64,000 bases of DNA from Octopus vulgaris. Taxonomy: Eukaryota. This document shows positions 26,046 to 38,894 of the stretch, in pieces. The number at the start of each line of letters is the position of its first letter. Within the stretch, counting starts at the first letter, position 1. The stretch spans positions 744,001 to 808,000 of the forward strand of contig OX597839.1 of the NCBI GenBank assembly GCA_951406725.2. Reading direction: 5' to 3'. Made by a program: the position numbers and the translations under genes. Under the pieces are notes generated by a model that saw only the letters and a list, made by a program, of their open reading frames with translations, was not told where the DNA came from and did not search any database.

Positions 26046-26277
26046 AGAAAGACGAAATACTTATTTCGTTATTACCCACATAGAGGGGACAAACAAGAAC
26101 AGACAAACGGATTAAGTCGATTATATCGACCCCAGCGTGTAACTGGTACTTAATTTATCGACCCCGAAAGGATGAAAGGCAAAGTCGTACTCGGCGGAAT
26201 TCGAACCCAGAACGTAACGGCAGACGAAATACCGCAAAGCATTTCGCCCGGCGTGCTAACGGTTCTGCCAGCTCGCC
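26046..26277 (-). mobile_element. SINE family 2 single-unit copy
   Basis: Same head and body as 15294-15708. Confidence 0.85.
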
Positions 26278-26821
26278 TATGATATATATGAGTGAAAGAG
26301 AGAGAGACAGAAAGGGAGAGAGAGACAGAAAGAGAGGGAGATGAGAAAAGAGTGATAGAGAGAGAGAAAGAGTGATAGAGAGAGAAAGTTGGGGTGTGAT
26401 GTTGTTGGGGATTGTTATGTGATCTGTTCTGTATCTGTCTCCGTCAGAAAGTGAACTCGGAGCTGATATCTGTGTAAATGTTTTGATGTTTCTTGATTAC
26501 TCTCGGTTTATGGAAACATGTCGTTGGCCAATATGGACGGCATCTTGGGGCAAAATGGAATCTAAGGAGAGAGAGAGAGAGAAAGAGAGGGAGATGGATA
26601 GGTAGATAGAGAGAGAGAGGGAGAAGGAGAGAGAGAAATGAAGAAGTAGACGGCGGTGGTGGTGGTGGTGGCAGAGTTGTCCGTACTAGTCTTTCAGAAT
26701 GAGGCTGTCGTCTGGATTCTTCCAAATCATCGGGAGGGGAAGGCGGAGTTGGCGACCATTGCTCAAATCTGCACCTGTCTGGCTCCTCCCCTTCTGCGCT
26801 CCTTCATAAAGAGAAGGGGAG

Positions 26822-29800
26822 GGAGGTGATGGTTATGGATGTGGCGGTGGTGGGTGGGGTGGTTATGGCAGTGGTGATGGTGGCTATGGTGGTGGATGTG
26901 GTGGTGGCAGTGGCGTTGTTGGCGGTGGCGGTGGTGGCTGTGGTGATGGTGGTGGTGGTGACGGTGGCTATGGTAAAGGTGGCGGTGGTGACGGTGGCTA
27001 TGGTAGTGGTGGAGGTGGGGGCGGTGACTATGGTGGTGGTGGTGGATGTGGTGGTGGCGGTGGCGTTGTTGGTGGTGGCGGTGGTGGCTGTGATGATGGT
27101 GGCGGTGGTGACGGTGACTATGGTGGTGGTGGTGGTGAGGGCGGTGGCTTTGGTGGTGGTGGTGGATGTGGTGGTGGCGGTGGCGTTGTTGGCGGTGGCG
27201 GTGGTGGCTGTGATGATGGTGGCGGTGGTGACGGTGGCTGTGGTGGTGGTGGTGGTGGTGTAGGTGGCTATGGTGGTGGTGGAGGTGGGGGCGGTGACTA
27301 TGGTGGTGTTGGTGGATGTGGTGGCGGCGGTGGCGTTGTTGGCGGTGGCGGTGGTGGCTGTGATGATGGTGGCGGTGGTGACGGTGGCTGTGGTGGTGGT
27401 GGTGGTGGGGGCGGTGGCTATGGTGGTGGTGGTGGATGTGGTGGTGGCGGTGGCGTTGTTGGCGGTGGCGGTGGCGTTGTTGGCGGTGGCGGTGGTGGCT
27501 GTGGAGTTGTTGGCAGTGGCGGTGGTGGCTGTGGTGAAGGTGGCGGTGGTGACGGTGGAGGTGGGGGCGGTGACTATGGTGTGGTGGAGGTGGGGGCGGT
27601 GACTATGGTGTTGGTGGTGGATGTGGTGGTGGCGGTGGCGTTGTTGGTGGTGGCGGTGGTGGCTGTGGTGATGGTGGCGGTGGTGACGGTGACTATGGTG
27701 GTGGTGGTGGTGGGGGCGGTGGCTATGGTGGTGGTGGTGGATGTGGTGGTGGCGGTGGCGTTGTTGGCGGTGGCGGTGGTGGCTGTGATGATGGTGGTGG
27801 TGGTGACGGTGACTATGGTGGTGGTGGTGGTGGGGGCAGTGGCTATGGTGGTGGTGGAGGTGGGGGCGGTGACTATGGTGGTGTTGGTGGATGTGGTGGC
27901 GGCGGTGGCGTTGTTGGCGGTGGCGGTGGTGGCTGTGATGATGGTGGCGGTGGTGACGGTGACTATGGTGGTGGGTGGTGGTGGGGTGGGGGCGGTGGCT
28001 ATGGTGGTGGTGGTGGATGGTGGCGGTGGCGGTGGGCGGTGGCGGTGGTGGCTGTGGATGGTGGTGGTGGTGACGGTGACTATGGTGGTGGTGGTGGTGG
28101 GGGCGGTGGCTATGGTGGTGGTGGAGGTGGAAGCGGTGACTATGGTGGTGTTGGTGGATGTGGTGGCGGCGGTGGCGTTGTTGGCGGTGGCGGTGGTGGC
28201 TGTGGTGATGTTGGCGGTGGTGACGGTGGCTATGGTGGTGGTGGAGGTGGGGGCGGTGGCTATGGTGGTGGTGGTGGATGTGGTGGTGGCGGTGGCGTTG
28301 TTGGTGGTGGCGGTGGTGGCTGTGGTGATGGTGGCGGTGGTGACGGTGGCTATGGTGGTGGTGGAGGTGGGTGCGGTGGCTATGGTGGCGGTGGCGTTGT
28401 TGGTGGTGGCGGTGGTGGCTGTGGTGATGGTGGCGGTGGTGACGGTGACTATGGTGGTGGTGGAGGTGGGTGCGGTGGCTATGGTGGTGGTGGTGGTGGT
28501 GGTGGCGGTGGCGGTGGCGTTGTTGGCGGTGGCGGTGGTGGCTGTGGTGATGGTGGTGGTGGTGACGGTGGCTATGGTAAAGGTGGCGGTGGTGACGGTG
28601 GCTATGGTAGTGGTGGAGGTGGGGGCGGTGACTATGGTGGTGGTGGTGGATGTGGTGGTGGCGGTGGCGTTGTTGGTGGTGGCGGTGGTGGTTGTGATGA
28701 TGGTGGCGGTGGTGACGGTGACTATGGTGGTGGTGGTGGTGGGGGCGGTGGCTTTGGTGGTGGTGGTGGATGTGGTGGTGGCGGTGGCGTTGTTGGCGGT
28801 AGCGGTGGTGGCTGTGATGATGGTGGCGGTGGTGACGGTGGCTATGGTGGTGGTGGAGGTGGGGGCGGTGGCTATGGTGGTGGTGGTGGATGTGGTGGTG
28901 GCGGTGGCGTTGTTGGCGGTGGCGGTGGTGGCTGTGGTGATGGTGGCGATGGTGACGGTGGCTATGGTGGTGGTGGAGGTGGGGCGGTTGCTATGATGGC
29001 GGTGGTGGATGTGGTGGTGGCGGTGGTGTTGTTGGCGGTGGCGGTGGTGGCTGTGGTGATGGTGGTGGTGATGACGGTGGCTATTGTGGTGGTGGAGGTG
29101 GGGGCGGTGGCTATGGTGGTGTTGGTGGATGTGGTGGCGGCGGTGGCGTTGTTGGCGGTGGTGGTGGTGGCTGTGATGATGGTGGCGGTGGTGACGATTA
29201 CTATGGTGGTGGTGGTGGTGGGGGCGGTGACTATGGTGGTGGTGGTGGATGTGGTGGTGGCGGTGGCGTTGTTGGCGGTGGCGGTGGTGGCTGTGATGAT
29301 GGTGGTGGTGGTGACGGTGGCTATGGTGGTGGTGGTGGTGGGGGCGGTGGCTATGGTGGTGGTGGAGGTGGGGGTGGTGACTATGGTGGTGTTGGTGGAT
29401 GTGGTGGCGGCGGTGGCGTTGTTGGCGGTGGCGGCGGTGGCTGTGGTGATGGTGGCGGTGGTGACGGTGGCTATGGTGGTGGTGGAGGTGGGGGCGGTGG
29501 CTATGGTGGTGGTGGTGGATGTGGTGGTGGCGGTGGTGTTGTTGGCGGTGGCGGTGGTGGCTGTGGTGATGGTGGCGGTGATGACGGTGGCTATTGTGGT
29601 GGTGGAGGTGGGGGCGGTGGCTATGGTGGTGTTGGTGGATGTGGTGGCGGCGGTGGCGTTGTTGGCGGTGGCGGTGGTGGCTGTGATGATGGTGGTGGTG
29701 GTGACGGTGGCTATGGTGGTGGTGGAGGTGGGGGCGGTTGCTATGATGGCGGTGGTGGATGTGGTGGTGGCGGTGGTGTTGTTGGCGGTGGCGGTGGTGG

Positions 29801-32800
29801 CTGTGGTGATGGTGGCGGTGATGACGGTGGCTATTGTGGTGGTGGAGGTGGGGGTGGTGGCTATGGTGGTGGTGGTGGATGTGGTGGCGGCGGTGGCGTT
29901 GTTGGCGGTGGTGGTGGTGGCTGTGATGATGGTGGCGGTGGTGACGATTACTATGGTGGGTGGTGGTGGTGGGGGCGGTGACTATGGTGGTGGTGGTGGA
30001 TGTGGTGGTGGCGGTGGCGTTGTTGGCGGTGGTCGTGGTGGCTGTGATGATGGTGGTGGTGGTGACGGTGACTATGGTGGTGGTGGTGGTGGGGGCGGTG
30101 GCTATGGTGGTGGTGGGGGTGGTGAGGTGGTGGTGGTGGTGGATGTGGTGGCGGCGGTGGCGTTGTTGGCGGTGGCGGTGGTGGCTGTGGTGATGGTGGC
30201 GGTGGTGACGGTGGCTATGGTGGTGGTGGAGGTGGGGGCGGTGGCTATGGTGGTGGTGGTGGATGTGGTGGTGGCGGTGGCGTTGTTGGTGGTGGCGGTG
30301 GTGGCTGTGGTGATGGTGGCGGTGGTGACGGTGACTATGGTGGTGGTGGTGGTGGGGGCGGTGGCTATGGTGGTGGTTGTGGATGTGGTGGTGGCGGTGG
30401 CGTTGTTGGCGGTGGCGGTGGTGGCTGTGATGATGGTGGTGGTGGTGACGGTGACTATGGTGGTGGTGGTGGTGGGGGCGGTGGCTATGGTGGTGGTGGT
30501 GGTGGGGGTGGTGACTATGGTGGTGTTGGTGGATGTGGTGGCGGCGGTGGCGTTGTTGGCGGTGGCGGCGGTGGCTGTGGTGATGGTGGCGGTGGTGACG
30601 GTGACTATGGTGGTGGTGGTGGTGGGGGCGGTGGTGGTGGTGGTGGTTGTGGATGTGGTGGTGGCGGTGGCGTTGTTGGTGGTGGCGGTGGTTGCTGTGA
30701 TGATGGTGGCTGTGGTGACGGTGGCTATGGTGGTGTTGGAGGTGGGGGCGGTGGCTATGGTGGTGGTGGTGGATGTGGTGGTGGCGGTAGCGTTGTTGGC
30801 GTTGGCGGTGGTCGCTGTGGTGATGGTGATGGTGGTGACGGTGGCTGTGGTGGTGGTGGAGGTGGGGGCGGTGGCTATGGTGGTGTTGGTGGATGTGGTG
30901 GTGGCGGTGGCGTTGTTGGCGGTGGCGGTGGTGGCTGTGATGATGGTGGCGGTGGTGACGGTGGCTATGGTGGTGGTGGAGGTGGGGGCGGTGGCTATGG
31001 TGGTGGTGGTGGATGTGGGGGTGGCGGTGGCGTTGGTGGTGGTGGTGGCGTTGTTGGTGGTGGCGGTGGTGGCTGTGGTGATGGTGGCGGTGGTGACGGT
31101 GGCTGTGGTGGTGGTGGAGGTGGGGGCGGTGGCTATGGTGGTGGTGGTGGATGTGGTGGTGGCGGTGGCGTTGTTGGCGGTGGCGGTGGTGGTGGTGGTG
31201 GTGGTGGTGGCGGTGGCGTTGTTGGTGGTGGCGGTGGTGGCTGTGGAGATGGTGGCGGTGGTGACGTCCCTGTGGTGGTGGTGGAGGTGGGGGCGGTTGC
31301 TATGGTGGTGGTGTTGGATGTGGTGGTGGCGGTGGTTGGCGGTGGCGGTGGTGGCGGTGGTGTGGTGATGGTGGTGGTGGTGACGGTGGCTATGGTAAAG
31401 GTGGCGGTGGTGACGGTGGCTATGGTGGTGGTGGAGGTGGGGGCGGTGACTATGGTGGTGGTGGTGGATGTGGTGGTGGCGGTGGCGTTGTTGGTGGTGG
31501 CGGTGGTGGCTGTGGTGATGGTGGCGGTGGTGACGGTGGCTGTGGTGGTGGTGGAGGTGGGGGCGGTGACTATGGTGGTGGTGGTGGATGTGGTGGTGGC
31601 GGTGGCGTTGGTGGTGGTGGTGCGGTGGTGGCTGTGGTGATGGTGGCGGTGTTGACGGTGGCTATGGTGGTGGTGGAGGTGGGGGCGGTGGCTATGGTGG
31701 TGGTGGAGGTGGGGGCGGTGACTATGGTGGTGTTGGTGGATGTGGTGGTGGCGGTGGCGTTGTTGGCGGTGGTGGTGGTGGCTGTGATGATGGTGGCGGT
31801 GGTGACGGTGACTATGGTTGTGGTGGTGGTGGGAACGGTGGCTATGGCGGTGGTGGTGGAGGTGGTGTCGGTGGCTATGGTGTTGGTGGTGGTGGGGGCG
31901 GTGACTATGGTGATGGTGGTGGATGTGGTGGTGGCTGTGGTGATGGTGGCTGTGGTGACGGTGGTTATGGTGGTGGTGGAGGTGGGAGCGGTGGCTATGG
32001 TGGTGGTGGAGGTGGGGGCGGTGGCTATGGTGGTGTTGGTGGATGTGGTAACGGTGGCGTTGTTGGCGGTGGCGGTGGTGGCTGTGATGATGGTGGCGGT
32101 GGTGACGGTGGCTATGGTGGTGGTGGAGGTGGGGGCGGTGGCTTTGGTGGTGGTGGTGGATGTGGTGGTGGCGGTGGCGTTGTTGGCGGTGGCGGTGGTG
32201 GCTGTGGTGATGGTGGCGGTGGTGACGGTGGCTATGGTGGTGGTGGAGGTGGGGGCGGTGGCTATGGTGGTGGTGGTGGATGTGGTGGTGGCGGTGGCGT
32301 TGTTGGCGGTGGCGGTGGTGGCTGTGGTGATGGTGGCGGTGATGACGGTGGCTATTGTGGTGGTGGAGGTGGGGGCGGTGGCTATGGTGGTTGTGGTGGA
32401 TGTGGAGGGGGCGGTCGCGTTGTTGGCGGTGGCGGTGGTGGCTGTTGTGATGGTGGCGGTGGTGACGGAGGCTATGGTGGTGGTGGAGGTGGGGGCGGTG
32501 GCTATGGTGTTGGTGGAGGTGGGGGCGGTGGCTATGGTGGTGTTGGTGGATGTGGTGGTGGCGGTGGTGTTGTTGGCGGTGGCGGTGGTGGCTTTGGTGA
32601 TGATGGCGGTGGTGACGGTGGCTATTTTGGTGGTGGAGGTGGGGGCGGTGGCTATGGTGGTGGTGGTGGATGTGGTGGGGGTGGTGCGTTGTTGGCGGTG
32701 GCGTTGGTGGCTGTGGTGATGGTGGCGGTGGTGACGGTGGCTATTGTGGTGGTGGAGGTGGGGGCGGTGTCTATGGTGGTGGTGGTGGATGTGGAGGGGG

Positions 32801-33600
32801 CGGTCGCGTTGTTGGCGGTGGCGGTGGTGGCTGTTGTGATGGTGGCGGTGAAGGTGGGTGGTAGGGTGGTGGTGGAGATGGAGGCGGTGGCTATGGTGGT
32901 GGTGGTGGATGTGGTCGTGGCGGTGGCGGTGGTGGCTGTGGCGATGGTGGCGGTGGTGACGGTGGCTATGGTGGTGGTGGAGGTGGGGGCGGTGGCTATG
33001 GTGGTGGTGGAGGTGGGGGGGGTGGCTATGGTGGTGGTGGTGGTGGTGGTGGTGGCGGTGGCGTTGTTGGCGGTGGCGGTGGTGGCTGTGGTGATGATGG
33101 CGGTGGTGACGGTGGCTATTGTGGTGGTGGAGGTGGGGGCGGTGGCTATGGTGGTGGTGTTGGATGTGGTGGTGGCGTAGGCGTTGTTGGCGGTGGCGGT
33201 GGTGGCTGTGGTGATGGTGTCGGTGGTGGCTGTGGTGATGGTGTTGGATGTGGTGGGGGCGGTCGCGTTGTTGGCGGTGGCGGTGGTGGCTGTGGTGATG
33301 GTGGCGGTGATGACGGTGGATATGGTGGTGGTGGCTATGGGGGTGGTGATGGATGTGGTGGTTGCGGTGGCGTTCTTGGCGGTGGCGGTGGTGGCTGTGG
33401 TGATGGTTGCGGTGGTGACGGTGGCTATGGTGGTGGTGGTGGTGGATGTGGTGGATGTGATTGGGGCGGTGGCGTTGTCGGCGGTGGCGGTAATGGCTGT
33501 GGTGAGGGTGGCGGAGGTGATGGCGCTGGCTATGGTGGTGTTGAGGGATGTGGTGGTGGCGGTGGCATTGTTGGCGGTGGCGGTTGTGGCTGTGGTGATT
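26822..33600 (+). repeat. GGN-triplet array (120-bp unit, 150-bp variants); possible Gly/Tyr/Cys-rich structural protein exon
   Basis: The unit translates as GDGGYGGGGGGGGGYGGGGGCGGGGGVVGGGGGGCGDGGG. About ten frame breaks, mostly in G runs, and one TAG at 32862. No ATG or signal peptide seen. The repeat is certain; coding status is not. Confidence 0.85.
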
Positions 33601-33602
33601 TT

Positions 33603-34930
33603 ATTCGGTGGTTGCCATTTGGTCTGAAAGTTGCACCTGCAATATTTCAGCAGGTTCTGGATGCGATGTTGGTGGACTGTCAATTTGCAATTCAGGACAA
33701 ATTATAGATAAAAATGGAGGACGACCTGACCCGTCGAAGGCAGACGCAATTAAAAAATAAGCTTCCTCCAACTAACATAGGGACATTACAAGCTTTTCTT
33801 GGCCTACCAAATTACATACCAAACATGTTTGAATTGAGTGCTCCACTTTATAATTTTCTAAAGAAAGACGTCAAATGGAATTTGTCAAATAAGTGTCAAA
33901 TGGCGTTTCAGGATATTTTGTTGCTGGCTCATTTCGATCCTGCAGCGGCGTTTGTTGTAGCTTCTGCCGCTTCTGAATACGGTGTAGGATCAGTTTTTTT
34001 ACGCAAGTATAAAGTCGGTAATATGAAGGTGGTAGTTCTTGCCTCACGTGCTCTGATTGCAGCAGAAAAAAAAACTACAGTCAGAAAGAGAATAAAACTC
34101 TAGCGATCATTTTTGCCGTGAAGAAATTTCGTAGACTTCTCCACGGTAGACGTTTTCGGCTCTAGACGGACCACCGATCCTTACTATCAATTTTCGGATC
34201 GAAGACAGGAATTGCTACTCATACAGCTAACAGATTAATATGTAGGGGTACAATATTGTTAAATTACAACTTTAAGATGGAATACATTCCTTCTAAAAAA
34301 ATTAGCCATGCGGATTGTTTATCTGGGCGAATTCCGGAGAATGCGGAACCGCTAGAAGATATGGTGATAGCCGCATTAAATCAGAATAGGAAGTTAAAAA
34401 CGTTATGCGTAATGTCATTCAGGAGTTGCCAGTGACTGTACAAGATATGAAAAGTAAAACAGCAGAGGGCAAATACGTCTTAAAAATGAAAGAAACCTTG
34501 AAAACTAAACAAAAGGGAAACACGAATGCGAACCATTTTTCATTCTTCGACAATGTATTAATTTACGCACGAAAAGTGGTAGTACCACCCGCACTACAGA
34601 AACAGATATTACAGGAATTTCATAGTGTAAGCCCCTTTCAAAGTATACAAGAATGGTAAAGAAAGTTGGCAGGATGGCAAGACTAAAAGAATGGAAACAT
34701 GGGGTATTTAATAAAAGGTAAACGACACCTAAATCAATTAAAAATCAGACATGCAGAAGAAGTGAAGGAAATTCCAGTGAAGTGTTTTATCATATGTCCA
34801 ATGTGCCAGCATCAAAATAAATTGGGCCTAAAAGGAGCAGAAACAGAAAGCGTAAACAGACTCAACATTCATAAATAATTCCCAAGCGAAAAGGCACTGA
34901 ACTTAGGGAAGCAAAATTTCAAAGAAGGGA
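33603..34930 (+). mobile_element. Decayed Ty3/Gypsy pol (RT-RNase H-integrase remnants)
   Basis: RWLPFGLKVAPAIFQQVLDAML, GQIIDKNG.RPDPSK, LQAFLGL.NY, LAHFDP...ASEYGVG...ASRAL, AIIFAVKKF...TDHRSL, KVVVPPALQKQILQEFH. The YLDD segment is deleted. Confidence 0.88.
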
Positions 34931-35127
34931 GAGCACTGCATCCTTCAAAACTTCCATGCTTTCTGAGATTCGCCAACACTACACCTGATTTTCTCCCCTC
35001 CATACACACACAAGCATGTATCTGACTCATACATTGTTCGCTTTCCAGACATTTTTACATTACTGCATATGCTTTATATGCACTTTCTGACAAGTTGTGG
35101 GGCACCTGAACACTGTATACAATAATT

Positions 35128-35197
<70 letters not shown>

Positions 35198-35277
35198 CAT
35201 TATTATTATTATTATTATTGTAAAAAAAAAGAAAGGAAGGAAGAAAGAAAGAAGGAAAGAAAGAGAGAGAGAGAGAG

Positions 35278-35312
<35 letters not shown>

Positions 35313-35489
35313 AAAAATAGTAAAATAAATTTCGTTTCCTATGAAAGTCGAAATCTCATAACGAGAGATGTTGTGGCGAGAGTCGCGACACTCCCTGCGA
35401 GAATAGACTTGACTGAATGACTACAAATAGCAGCGGTCTGAGTGAGAGACAGAGAGTGGGCGTTAATCAAGTCGTAAGCTATCGTTTAT

Positions 35490-35850
35490 GGAGGCGCAAT
35501 GGCCCAGTGGTTAGGGCAGCGGACTCGCGGTTATAGGATCGCGGTTTCGATTCCCAGACCGGGCGTTGTGAGTGTTTATTGAGCGAAAACACCTAAAAGC
35601 TCCACGAGGCGATCCCTGCTGTACTCTTTCACCACAACTTTCTCTCACTCTTTTCCTCCTGTTTCTGTTGTACCTGTATTTCAAAGGGCCGGCCTTGTCA
35701 CTCTCTGTGTCATGCTGAATATCCCCGAGAACTACGTTAAGTGTGTACGTGTCTGTGGAGTGCTCAGCCACTTACACGTTAATTTCACGAGGATGCTGTT
35801 CCGTTGATCGGATCAACCGGAACCCTCATCGTCGTAACCGACGGAGTGCT
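35490..35850 (+). mobile_element. tRNA-derived SINE family 3
   Basis: A box TGGCCCAGTGG and B-box-like GGTTTCGATTCC. Its 3' module is shared with 9713-10010. Confidence 0.8.
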
Positions 35851-37421
35851 TCCATTAAAAGGTATCGTTTGGTTAATCAAGTCGTAAGGTATCGGTTGTT
35901 GTTTCGTGTATAGTTCATGGAGAGTTTCTTGGATCGTTACGTTGTTGTTACCCAGCTTCGTTATATATTTTATTGTTACTACGCGGTTATCGTGTAAACA
36001 ACTATCATATATCAATAGCGACGATACTACAACAATTGGTGACGTGTAACAATATATAGAAAAAATAGAGCAGAGTGAATCTGATAAGAAACTGAGAAAT
36101 GGTGTGCTTCTAATGAGATGCCCTTGACCAATTCTTTAACGTGAAGCACGGAGGCTGCATCGTCACGGCTAAGGGATGTGCTCTGGGGCACAAATGAAAG
36201 GAAGCTGTTCAATGGGGTCGAGTAACGGAGACGCAACGTGGCCACAAAGACACAATTCGATTTTTGGTACTTCATGTCAAATACATGTTATACGATCTCA
36301 AGTAGATGTGTACGGTTTTTCAGCTCGATTTTGGGGACACATAACGGACCGGATTACAGAATAGATTACACTGTTCCCTTCGGCAACCTGCCGCACTTCA
36401 TGGAGGGGGAAGGTAATAATAGCTGATAAAATATGGGAAGCAATGGCTGGAAGTACGCAGATGGGGGGTTAAATTGCCTGATTTGGACGTTTGGTCCTAC
36501 GGGCTTTAATTTTATACACCAAATTTTGTCGCCGACCTCTTGATAGATGTCCAGACCAACTGACAGCAAAAACGAAAACACCTCAGTTTGGTGAGATGAA
36601 GAGCGGTTGAACTGCCGAGAAAGGACGTAAATGAGGTGGGCCAATCTTCGGCCCAAACTCTGCTAAAGGCTGCTCTCAAAAAGTTGGAATTGGTGTTGGC
36701 TAAGGAGTTTGTACTGATGGTCCATTAAACAAGCTTGCTTTGAGGATGCCTGTAACTGAAAAAGGTAGATAGGGAGGTGGGGTTGCCCCATTGGTTAGAA
36801 TGATTACAGTTTTATGGTATTTCCACATGTAGCTCTCCGAGTTCTACTTGCGTTTGAGGAATTATAAAAAATTTAAATATTTTGTTTCTCTGTATTTGAT
36901 ATTTTATTGTTTACACAATTTTATGTAACATCGTTTTTATTGTATTGTATCGCCCTTTACTCTACTCTTTTCGATTACTTTAAACCCAGTGCTCAACTGC
37001 TTCTTATTTCATCAACCCCAAAAAGTAGTCGACCTCGAATGGATTTGAACATAGAATGTAAAAACAGACGAAATGCTGCGAAGCATTTTTCCCAGTGTGC
37101 TAACCATTCCTCCCACTCTCCATTTTCACTCTACCTGTATACTAATCTTGTCATCGTACGAAAATGTTCAATTTGTAGCAAGCACTCAGTTAAATTGCCT
37201 GATTTGGACGGCCGGTCGGTCCTACGGGCTTTAACGAGTTCGTGATTTGAGGATATCGTCTTCCATACTTGTCACAAGTCTTTAAGGTCCTGTAAAGGGA
37301 TTTCGGATATTTTCTCGTATGTGGCTAAGCAGACAACATAGGAACGCACAGTAGCACATTTATACATAAATACAGTTAAGCATTGCAAAGGAAAAATAAA
37401 CGATAGCATTCTCCTGCAACA

Positions 37422-37495
<74 letters not shown>

Positions 37496-38254
37496 CGAAT
37501 CTTTGTGTATTTGTGTGCATTTGTGTGTTTACATGCGTGTTTGTAAAGATAGATAAATAGGTAGGTAGATATATACATACATACATACATACATCGGACA
37601 GGGAGAGACAGAGAAAGCAAGTGTATTAAACATTAGTTTTTGTATGAGAAAGAAAAAAAAGGAAGGTAGCGGGGGAGCTTGTTTGTAGTTTGTAGAGGAA
37701 ACGTTAAACGTGCCTGAAAAAATATTAAAAAAGACTTTGTTTTTTTTTCCTCCGAACTAAAAGACATGAAAAACTATGAAAGAAGGCGAATAAGTACCAG
37801 GGGTTGGAGAAAGAAGAGAGAACTAACTGTCGATCGTTCAAGAACTCCCAGAAAATAAATAATAAATGCGCCTTTTTAAAGCCTAGCCAGGCTCACGTGC
37901 AAAAGGTTTAGAGTCAAACACTTTCCTCTCTGGCCTATCGCTCACCAACTTTTTCAAGTACCACTTGAAAAGGAAGATGAGAATAGAGAGGGAACTTTTG
38001 TCTCAAAAAAGGTGGGTGAATGTAGCAAAGATGGTACGCGGGAATGACGAAACCACATTAATCATGATCCTATAAATCCTAAAGAGAGAGAGAGAGAGCT
38101 ATGTTCTCATGTGTTACTTTCCCTGATTGAGGTTACCGAAGGCTTTTCTTTCCACGGATAAACCTAATCTGTCTTATATTTTTATCCCGCCTTATTTTGC
38201 TTTTTACACGTTCAAAACGCTTTCGATCCCTTTTGATTGATTTTCTTTCTTTTT

Positions 38255-38290
<36 letters not shown>

Positions 38291-38481
38291 TCATTTTTGT
38301 TTCCGTCTTTCTGTCCTTCTTCATTCCTTCCTTCCTTTCTTTCTTTCTCCTTTTCGTCCATTCATTCATTCGTTTATTCTTCCTTCCTTTCTTTCTTTCT
38401 TCTTTTCTTTCCTTCTTTAGAAAAGAAAAGTTCTACATTGTATTGTCCCATCTGTGTTCGGCCTTGCGTGGCTAATAAAGA

Positions 38482-38582
<101 letters not shown>

Positions 38583-38894
38583 GTTAGATAAATAAAGATC
38601 AGAATTTAACTGCAGCTCTTGGTGGTCCAAATCAGATATACAATCTATGTGGGTGCGGAAGAATTATGTTTTTGAAGAAGTGGATCTCGAATAACGTAGA
38701 GCTATAAATAATGCTATTTAAATATTGGATTGAAAAACTTTCTACGAGATTCACTTTTCCAGAAAAGTTTTATTTCATATACATATTCTTTTATTCTCTT
38801 TCCTGTTTCAGTCACTTGACTGTGGCCTTGCTGGAGCACCGCCTTTCGTCGGATAAATCGACCCTAGAACTTATTCTTTGTAAGCCTAGTACTT

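Noticed and set aside
26826-33627. Val/Ala-rich 'membrane protein' ORFs, including the 1109-aa call
   Set aside because: Shifted reading of the GGN array. They contain stops and switch in and out of the Gly frame at indels.
32652-33683. Minus-strand Thr-rich mucin-like ORF with N-A-T sequons
   Set aside because: It starts in antisense Gypsy sequence and has no signal peptide. Variation falls on first rather than third codon positions. Disfavoured but not excluded without stranded RNA data.
36000-37260. Short ORFs and a ~40-bp direct repeat (near 36471 and 37192) as a possible LTR element
   Set aside because: The repeat is too short, and no PBS/PPT or pol motifs were recognised.
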